This document shows, one piece after another, positions 54,553 to 64,000 of a stretch of DNA of 64,000 nt. Origin of the DNA: Flaccisagitta enflata (taxonomy: Eukaryota). Location: the NCBI GenBank assembly GCA_965153355.1, contig OZ231126.1:37200001-37264000 (forward strand), read 5' to 3'. The position numbers were made by a program, and so were the translations under genes. The notes beneath the pieces are model-generated. The model was not told the origin of the DNA. It did no database searches and saw nothing but the letters and a program-made list of their open reading frames with translations. The number at the start of each line of letters is the position of its first letter. Positions within the stretch are counted from its first letter, which is position 1.

Positions 54553-56976
54553 AAATTAGCTCACGTCATCTGTATTTGGCAACTCCCTTATTTACAAATT
54601 AAGAAAACAAGGCAGCCAGACAGAGGCCCTTGTTGCGCGCGAATAAGGCTCGTGCATAAACAAGAGGCTCCCTGGAAAATGCCTGCATCGTTGGTCAGCC
54701 ATAGATATTCAAGCCAAGTGGGGTAAACGAGTTACACGGGCAGTCAAATCAACACCTCACATTTGCTTGCTTCCCAATGATATTTCGTTGCTAAAGGGAC
54801 TTACAATTGTCTTAGAAAACCGCCCATTAATGAAAAATCATCCTCAAAACAAGAACAAAAATGTTGTGGACATTTTCTGTGACACAGATGCGCGGTCTTA
54901 AGGATACAGGAAGAAGTTTGTAGTGCCTTGTACCAACTGAAACCTGACAGAATCTCAAACAGCGATATGCAACTTAGGACATAAAACAGTGCTGCTAAAT
55001 AAACGGAAGATGACCAATTTTTGGAAGAAGAAAAATGGTGAGGGCCAAGTAATTAGTCCCTCCGCGTTGGGTTAGGGGGACGAGAAGAAATTCAAAACTT
55101 TTGCTATGTGAAGCACCTAAACCACCCATACGGGGAGTTTTAGTTGCGGACACGCGACTCTACACCTTGCCGCGTCGGTCGGTAGGTCAGTCTGTCCGTC
55201 GGTCCGTCCGTCCGTCACCTTTTTGAATTCCAAGTGGTTTTCGCATTACTGCTCCTGCCCAATCGACCGCGACTGTCATGCCGTGTACCCGGCCGCGCCT
55301 TATTTTTCAAGAGTTTGGAGTTGACATACAATTTTTTAGGATATGAGTAGTATGCCCCAATGGATATGGTCCCCTACGCACCCTACGCCATATCTATCAT
55401 ATTTATCGAGTGTTTTCTTGTGGTCTGCATATCTCATGTGTAGACAGGGATTGGTGACCTTTTTCTAGGTGTTGCGTAACTTTTGATAAGTTTTGTGGTA
55501 GTTTTTGAGGAGGGCATCATTTTTCAGAAATTTTAAGGGTGGTTGTGAAGGGTCCAGATTAAACACAGTGAGAGCTCCAAAGGCTCTTGTTCTTATTTTG
55601 GATTTTATTGAGTAGTGATGTTGTCGCACTTTCATAGCATTGATCGATTGCATGCGAGTAAGTTTTTTTTCTATCAATCATTTTTCTCATCTTCAGCCCG
55701 CTTTTCAGGGCACAGTGGGACGCAGTAATTTCAAACTAATGGTTTTTACCTTCAAACTGAACTTCATTTACAAAATGAAAGTTTTTTCTACTCTTCTATT
55801 TTTGAGTCAATAAATCATAACGGTCCTCTCGAGTACGCATCTCATTATTCTCATACCGAATCTTTGATTTGATTCGTTAATGAAAGAAAATCATGCGTTT
55901 TCAAGATGATTCAGTCATCGTCTTCCACAAATAAACAATAAGGATACGAGATCGCGAAAGAGAGTAATGAAGATGTTGATGGAATTCAATAAACGAAAAA
56001 GGTAATCAAATGTTCTTGATCATTAAGCAAAGGAAATTTAAGTGCTTTCTAGTCATTAATCTTGTAATTTTTTTTTATTATTTAGCGTCAATGATATCCA
56101 AAACAAGGTCCAACAAACGGATACAAGAGTCGACTTGTAAAGCCGCGTAGTCTAAAACTAAATCAAGTCAAAACCTGAAGGGTGTGGGCAGGGAGAGTGA
56201 TGCAGAAGATTACTCATTGGGCAGGAGTAGTGATGTCAAACATCCGAATTTGTTTTGGTTCGTTTTCGAGCCATTGCATTGTCTATGGTTTGAACGCTGT
56301 TTTACGAAAAAAACAAGGCCGGATACGCGGCTACCCCAGTCGCTTGCGGATGAGCAGGGGCTATGTTTGAGGTCACTACAGCATTTGGGCAGGAGCAGTG
56401 AGGCCAAAAACCGCAAAAAGATAAAAATGTAACTAAAGCGACTAAAAACCATCGATGGCGCAGAAAAGGGAAAACGGGTATTTCTTACCTAGTAATGGTT
56501 TCGCATCAATTTTCAGTCTTCGCACCTTTTTTTTCTGATTCATCGTAATGACGTGTTATTCTTTGCACAAAAGCATCTAAACGTTTTTCAAGTTTACCCT
56601 CAAATAAACAGATTTGCAAAAGAAATTGAAGCGATGGCAGCAACTGACACGAACATGAAGGTGTAGAAAGGAAAACAAGGAGAGGGAAAAGAAGAGGAGA
56701 TGAGGAGGAAGGGGAAGATGGAGAAGGAGAAGAAGAGATAGAGCAAGTGACGCGGGGTCACAATATTGTTGCGGACGGGTGGTCACTGGTCAGGGGCGTC
56801 CATCCCCATCCACACCCATTCACAAAAAGTACTCAAGAACACTTGATTTCCCACATTTCGAACGACGGACCGATGGACAAAGCCTCTTAAAGAGTTGTGT
56901 GTCCGCACATTTTATGCATGCTTAATTCCGTTATTACCTGCTAATCATACCAGAATAGCCGCTTATAGAAGAAGAA

Positions 56977-57011
<35 letters not shown>

Positions 57012-57581
57012 AGAAGAAGAAGAAGAAGAAGAAGAAGAAGAAGAAGAAGAAGAAGAAGAGGAAAAAGAAGAAAGAGAGAAAAAGAAGAAGAAGAAGAAGA
57101 AGAAGAAGAAGAAGAAGAAAAAGAAGAAGAAAGAGATCCTTTCTTTGTTCCAACCAATTAGAAGCCTTCGATTCGATGTGAGGTCCGTGGATTACGCCCA
57201 CTTTGCCAGCTCACGTTTGCAACGGATTAAAAAAATCACATCTTTTGCGAAGAAAAGAGAGAAATTACCGTCTCGGAAGACAACAGACCCTACAAAGGGC
57301 AACAGTCGCGGACGGTTCGGCTGGGGCAAAGAAAAGAAATACACTCACACATACACGAATCAAAATGACATAAAACACCATAAAAATGACAACACAACGG
57401 TTATTCAGCAATGCGATGGAGGGATGGACAGACAGACGGATGGACCAACCGACCAACAGACACAGCGAGGTGTCAAGTTGCGTGTTCGCGAGTAAAAAAG
57501 ATCTCATTGTCCCTCAAAGAAACTGGCAAATTCAAGAGACAATTACTCTGCTTAATGCGCAGCCACATTTACAGGCATAAT

Positions 57582-57915
57582 CATGGGTGTACGGCAAGGG
57601 ACGTCAGGGACGTCGGCCGACGTCCCTGTTTGTCGGGCTTACACCCCTGTCGGACTTAAGCCCATGTAAAAAAAGAAAGCAAAACTTTTAAAAAATGAAA
57701 GAAAAAGTAAAACAGGAAGAGAAAAAGCAAATTAAGGGGAAGAATGAGAGAGAATGTGTGATTGTCTTTCAAATTTATCTTTCGTATCTTATTTGAGAAT
57801 GTAATTTAAGATTGGAAAAAACTGAATTAGTTATAAACTTTATTGGGCTTGAAGCTCTGTCGGACTTGAAACTGTTTCCCAACGGCCCTTTTAGATTCCG
57901 CGCCATACACTTATG
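57582..57915. mobile_element. hAT-like MITE related to 49452-50142
   Basis: Imperfect TIR CATGGGTGTACGGC / GCCATACACTTATG. 8-bp TSD GGCATAAT at 57574-57581 and 57916-57923. Shared subterminal GTCGGGCTT and AGGGACGTC motifs. Confidence 0.82.
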
Positions 57916-58336
57916 GGCATAATGCCATGCTTTAGTATACGTACATGTGGTCAGTTGTCATCAACAGGAGAGAACAGTTTTCATTCATGATAAAAAGTAA
58001 AACTAATAATTCTTATCTAATCTAATTCTTATCGTATAATGTTTGCCTTATTTGTATCACCTTCTTCGCACTTTACTGCCCTCATGGAGCGTCACTCAGT
58101 TTTGGTCTCTCCACACCTATGATTAATTGATTATGGGATCATCTTTTGACGATTTGATAAATGATAAGTGTGAATTCATTGCAATGTTACCTTCAAGAAA
58201 TTCCTGAAGGTGTTTGGTTCTAATCTTTTCTGACGGCCATCTGGTTAATCGTCAATCACAAATTATTTGTAATTGTCTGTGTTCATTTCAAAATTCAAAT
58301 CAAGAAATCCATTGACGCGTATCAATCTGCCTATCT

Positions 58337-58368
<32 letters not shown>

Positions 58369-58961
58369 TCCTATAAAGTCAATTGCACAAAAGTACGGAC
58401 CAATGGACTGACTGACCGACGGATCCAGAAGGAAGAGTCGCGTGCCGACGGAAAGATGGATAAAGTAAGTAGGATGACAATTTTTTCTTCATTCATTTCA
58501 AATCAAGAAAGAGAGAAAACAAGAAACGCGGGGTAACAATATCATCGCGGATGGGTGGGCATAGGCGTGCAACCCCCATCCACACCTCACCTCCCCTGCC
58601 CTCCCCATACACAGACACATGCACAAAAAAGATCCAAAACACTCGCTTTCCCACATTTTAACTTATAATGCTCATGGACGGACCAACGAGCGGACCAACG
58701 GGCGGGCGGATAAAGCCTCTTGTAGAATCGCTAGTCCGCGACTTAAAAGGTAATGAGACAAAGAGAGAAGGAATAAGGAAGACCTTAATTTCTTTCTCAT
58801 AATCATTTTCTTCTTGTACACGAAAAAAAGAGCCTTTGGCGTTCCGGGAAGGTCGTTAATAATAACATTTGCCTATTGTGCATCGAGTGATAAATGTGAC
58901 GGGTTTCGTAATGCCAGACCCCGTCGTAGCAAAATGACGATAACCCGGGCACCATCATGAG

Positions 58962-59037
<76 letters not shown>

Positions 59038-59914
59038 TCTTGTTTGAACAAGGCCGGCCAGGCGGATGCGGTAGACCCATGCAGACGCCGGCACTAGTAG
59101 TGGAGCGGATGCGGGCCAGCTACTTGGGAATTGGGTAGCAGAGGCAGAGGCGACCCAAATACAAACCATATTCCACGAATAAGGGATAAGGAACAATAAG
59201 GAACTCAGGAACAGAAAACTACATGGAGGAGAGGACCGAGGACTGTCATGTCCGACAGACCGACCGACCGCATTGTGAGTCGCCTAATACTAATAAAAAA
59301 GTAATAGTTACCTAAGAACGAATATCTTTTAAGACTAAGAGTTATCGTATCAGAGGTAAGGCCGAGTTTTAGGGCCCAGAGACTGAGAAAGGGAACCCGA
59401 GTCGGGTAAGTGAGAAATAATGAGTGCGCGTCGGATCAAAAGGTAAGGTCGCCGCGAGGAGACGAAGGTCTTTGAAACTCACCCTGGAGCCGGTATTTGG
59501 CTAGTCTTTGATGCCAGCCAGAATGAATGGGAGACGAACAAGAGCCCGTATTAATCAACGAATATCTGCTACCTATCGCATTACCCCATTTGCCTTTGTT
59601 TCTCCTGAAGAATATTCGCTTTCTTTTATTTTTCACTTTTCTTTATCAATACGGCTTGATATTTTGATCTTAGACTTGACGGTTGCTCAAAATAGTTGTA
59701 AATTCGATTGAGGGAGACTTTTTATGTTTTTAGGAACACCTTCACACCTCTAAATGAGGATTCATTGTCCGTCAGTCGGTCGGTCGGTTACACTTAAGTA
59801 GGAAAACAGGACAAAATGAATGATTCCCTGCACGATTTTGTTTGTATTTCCGAATCCTCCGCCAGAGCGAATTTAATTCGAATAGCTTTGGGCCGTAATA
59901 CATTAAACCCAGCC

Positions 59915-60056
59915 AACCCTTAGCCCTAAAGCTAACCCTGTCCCTAACCCTAACCCTAAAACTATCCCCAACCCTAAAGCTAACCCTGTCCCTAACCCTA
60001 ACCCTAAAACTATCCCCAACCCTAACCCTAACCCTAAACCCACCCCTAACCCTAAT
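59915..60056. repeat. Degenerate interstitial (TAACCC)n telomere-like tract with a 48-bp higher-order duplication
   Basis: CCCTAACCCTAACCCTAA runs. CCCTAAAGCTAACCCTGTCCCTAACCCTAACCCTAAAACTATCCCCAA x2. Confidence 0.8.
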
Positions 60057-60250
60057 TTAAAAAACCGCTTAAAAAGTCTTGAAAACAAAAGATCACAGAT
60101 GATCGTACAATTGTACCGGAAAAGATCGCCTTGCACTCCATCGTGACTTTCTTGTCATTAGTAGTTGTATTGGTATTGTTTTAACCTTAGTGAATTAAAC
60201 TGCACATGAATAAAACTTAGTTTGCCAAACGGGGATGCCCAAACGGTGGC

Positions 60251-60302
<52 letters not shown>

Positions 60303-60332
60303 CCGCAACCACAAGACCACGAGAACAACAGC

Positions 60333-60430
<98 letters not shown>

Positions 60431-61253
60431 CGGATAGTATGTTTGACGCTTGCCGGCCGTGTCTAGGAAATCTGACAGATAAGTGTGGGTTCTGCGGAAC
60501 TTTGCCATAAAATATGGAACTAAGCTTTCAAGATTTTGCTATTACCTCGGCGGTACAATTGTTCAAAATTTGTGTAATGTATATTTAGCCATCGATTCAC
60601 TCTCTTTGTTCTCCCCTCCCTCCATTGGTAGAAATACAGCGTTTGTTTTAAAAGTAACCTTTTTTTTTATTCTTAGTTGAATTTTTGAGAATTTAAAACC
60701 TCCTCGTGAAATTCCTGGCCTTCACCACAAAAGGATCGACGATTTCTACCGCCACCGTTCCGATTTTTTCTTTTCTTTAAAAAAATAGTTTCTTTGACGA
60801 GGAAATCAATGACATATCTGTTTTCTTTCGTTCCCATGACCACAATTTTCTGATGATGAGTCGTAGCTTTTTATAGGTTATGTATGTGAAGTAAAATGTA
60901 GGCCCCACATAACAGGATGCAAAAATTACAAGAAAAATTTGGAAGTATGATAACAAGCCCAGGCGGGCAATTCGATGCGTCATCTGCTAGATATGAGAAG
61001 AGGCGTAACGCAAGGACGGACGGACGGACGGACGGACGGACGGACGGACGGACGGACGGACGGACGGACGGACGGACAGACCCTCTTATAGAGATGCGAT
61101 GATGCATCTAAAAAGCTATCAGTATTCAACTGACTAACAATTATTTCTCTCAATGAAAGGTGTTTAAAAGAAAAAAAAAACCCTAAAATTAAACAAAAAG
61201 AAGAAAATATGTAGTCGAGACCTAAAATTAGTTGAAAGCAAGAAAGTAACATA

Positions 61254-61507
61254 TACAGTCAATGGACATTTCCGTATTTGTAGATATGTCAGCAGTTTGG
61301 TATATTTCAATCCGTTGAAATCTTTCATTCTGGCATATTTCAACGGGTTGAAATCTCTCATTTTGGCACATTTCAACACATTGAAATCTATCATTCCACA
61401 AGATTTATATCAGTAGAATGAAAGATTTCAACCCGTTGAAATATGCCAGAATGAGAGATTTCAACGGGTTGAAATATACCAAACTACCAAAATGTCCATA
61501 GACTGTA
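61254..61507. mobile_element. TA-flanked foldback MITE with about 33-bp subterminal repeats
   Basis: TACAGTCAATGGACATTT / AAATGTCCATAGACTGTA. ATTTCAACGGGTTGAAAT palindromic units on both arms. Confidence 0.85.
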
Positions 61508-61708
61508 TAGGCTATCGACAGAACGGGAGTTGCGACAGACCTAATCGAAATTCTAAGACACCAACGCATCCGTTTCATAATTTGATAATTGTCACGCACA
61601 ATTTCCGTCATAATAATTTCAGTTGACGCCTCTCATCAACGGAAATGAAATGATTTGGCCATTGGAATCCATCAACGAGATTCAACCTGCAAATCGCAAC
61701 TAACTTAC

Positions 61709-61900
61709 CAAAATGAGGGTTGTCGAGGTAAGAAGCATCGTTGGGTTCGACGAAGGCGTTGTTCATGAACGGGAAGCGGGGATGATGATGCGGAGGAGGA
61801 GGCACAATCGGAGGAGGAGGAAGATGCGGTGGTGGAGGCGGATGAGCCGGAGGCGGCGGCGGAGGCGGCTCCAAGTACGTGCTTGAAGACCCGCTGGCAC
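61709..61900 (-). CDS. Candidate internal exon (192 nt, phase 1-1) of an unidentified proline/histidine-rich host protein
   Basis: CCTTAG|GT acceptor and TTG|GTAAGT donor. Encodes ASGSSSTYLEPPPPPPPAHPPPPPHLPPPPIVPPPPHHHPRFPFMNNAFVEPNDASYLDNPHF, with Pro codons varying at the third position and many C-ending codons. Confidence 0.55.
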
Positions 61901-62020
61901 CTAAGGATTATCCAATTGGAAAATACATGTAAATGTAAGAGGTATGGACAGCCTGTGGCCAGCCCAAATCCAGCCCAAATCCAGCCCATATCCAGCCAAG
62001 AACCTTTTATCTGCTTCAGC

Positions 62021-62790
62021 AATACTCCAGCTCCCGCTAGTGCCTCTCCCGCTGCCCCTGCTTAGCTTATTCCCTTACTAATGGTGCTGCTCCCACTAAT
62101 TCCTCTCCCGCTGCTCCTGCTCCCGTAGCTCCCGTTTGAATAGCTCCCGCTCCCGCAACTCCTGCTCCATCAACTCCCGATCCCGCAACTCCCGCCTCCG
62201 CTCCCTCCCCTCAGGCACCTGCAACTCCCGCAGTCACAACTTCCGCTTCCGTAACTCCCGCTCCCGCTCCTCCTGCTCCTCTCGCTCCAGTACCTCCCGC
62301 TCCTCCCGCTCCCGCTCCTCCCACATCTGCTCCTCCCTCTCCCGCTCCTCCCGCTCCCGCAACTCCTGCTCCTGCTGCTCCCGCACCCGCAACTCCCGCT
62401 CCTGCTCCTCTAGCTCCTTTACCTTCTGCTCCTCCCGCTCCCGCTCCCGCTCCTCCCGCTCCTGCAACTCCCGCTCCTGCAACTCCCACTCCTGCTCCTC
62501 CCTCTCCCGCTCCCGCTCCTCCCGCTCCTGCAACTACCACTCCTCCCTCTCCCGCTCCTCCAACTCCCGCTCCTCCTGCTCCTCTTGCTCTGGTACTTCC
62601 CGCTCATCCCGCTCCCGCTCCTCCCGCTCCAGAAACTCCTGCTCCGGTATCTCCCACTCCCGCTCCTCCCGCTCCCGCTCCTCCCGCTCCAGAAACTCCT
62701 GCTCCGGTATCTCCCAATCCCGCTCTTCCCAATCCCGCAACTCCCACTACCCCCGCTTTAGCCAACCCCAACTCCCGCTTCCGCAACTAC
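62021..62790 (+). repeat. Triplet-periodic C-rich low-complexity tract; a Pro/Ala/Thr-rich frame is open 62140-62892
   Basis: CCC-GCT-CCT-GCA-ACT units. No ATG in the open frame. Coding status unresolved. Confidence 0.6.
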
Positions 62791-62975
62791 CATCTGATCG
62801 TGGGCTTTTTCGCACAATTTAGACGATTGCCTTTTGGAATTTACACCAACTCTCAAACAACTACGTATTTCAGGGCAGAGGAGAGGCACAGTTGATAATC
62901 ATATCCACAATTTTTATCAGACGCAAAAAAAAACAACAAAATAAATCGATTATTATTTGTCAATTTCCAAATTCA

Positions 62976-63029
62976 TATGAAAGTTGAAACAACATTGCCC
63001 TTATAAAAGGAGGCCAGAATTCTCCAATT
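62976..63029 (-). repeat. Truncated copy of subfamily B repeat
   Basis: Reverse complement of 31593-31647, with the same fixed end. Confidence 0.85.
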
Positions 63030-63037
63030 ACAAAAAG

Positions 63038-63138
<101 letters not shown>

Positions 63139-64000
63139 TACACATACACGTGCGCATTACGCCGATTGCATCCCGGGACTTTGCTGAATTGCTCTTATGC
63201 GCCCCCTACATAATATGACACTTGCAATTTCGTTTCAAATGAGCCAATGCGCAGCTCTCAAGCTTGATGGGAATATGTCAAAAACTCAAGGACTGACTTC
63301 AACTTATTTCCTGACAAGCATATAAAGTACATGTGTGGAGCTTGGCCATTATAACAAGTGATGCGGGTTCACAATATTGTTGCGGATGTGTGGGCAGGGG
63401 CACCCAACCCCCATCCACATCCAACGCCCCTTCCAACCCCCCTTCCAACACACACACATGCACAAAAAGCTTCTACAACACTCGTTTTCCCACTTTTCAA
63501 CTCAATCACCTCTACAGATTGACGGACCGACAAACCAACTGACGGACGGACAAAGCCTCTTATAGAGTTGCGTGTCCGCAACTAAAGAGAAAACAAAAAA
63601 ATCAAACTATCAATTGTCAACCACCTCATCGAAAGACATGTTGTAAATCGTTTGCGTCAGTGTTACGCATTTCACATGTTTGATTTTCATGCATTCAAGA
63701 AAACATGGCACGGTTTATTTTACAGCGTTTTTCAGCGTCATGGGAAAAAACAAGGCCAACACCTATAAGTCGCGTGCGACACTTTCTGACTTAGAATAAA
63801 TTAGAATGCCTGTAAGAATGACTTAAAATGACTTTGAATGACCTAACATGACTTAAAATGACCAACAAGGACTTAAAATGATGGAATGACCTAATGACCA
63901 AAAATGACTTAAAGTGACTTAGAGTGACTTAAAATGACTTAAAATGACTTAGAATGACCTAGAATGACTTAAAATGCCTTAAAATTATTTAGAATGACTA

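Noticed and set aside
55711-55750. V(D)J 23-RSS (CACAGTG + 23 nt + GGTTTTTAC)
   Set aside because: The nonamer-like word is in the wrong orientation and there is no antigen-receptor segment nearby.
59915-60056. True telomere
   Set aside because: Short, degenerate and interstitial.
61687-61708. 22-nt GT-AG mini-intron on the minus strand
   Set aside because: Splicing would give an immediate stop, and the length is implausible without other evidence.
62234-62740. Trichohyalin-like Glu/Arg protein on the minus strand
   Set aside because: In-frame stops and non-synonymous repeat variation; probably the antisense shadow of the repeat.

Overview
Eukaryotic (animal-like), AT-rich, microsatellite-dense window, almost all intronic or intergenic repeat DNA. 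The one unambiguous coding element is a young, full-length non-LTR retrotransposon (LINE, Jockey/I-group architecture) at 10794-15662 (+). It has an 11-bp target-site duplication, an ORF1 with three zinc knuckles split by one -1 frameshift, an ATGA-overlapping intact APE-endonuclease/RT ORF2 and a (CATTT)n tail. An older local segmental duplication (about 10570-18480 vs 26520-28480) keeps the empty target site for this LINE and for several other insertions. The rest holds at least five families of non-autonomous Helentron/HINE (DINE-1-like) elements, hAT-, Tc1/mariner-, Mutator-, Chapaev- and Transib-like MITEs with readable TIRs/TSDs, minisatellites and SSRs. The most unusual signal is a small (324-370 bp unit) partially tandem repeat family with a fixed end and two stems showing compensatory substitutions between diverged copies, a retrozyme-like or structured-RNA candidate. 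One plausible host exon (Pro-rich, minus strand) lies near the right end. Most short ORFs in the track are SSR artefacts. All alignments were by eye; no database searches were run.
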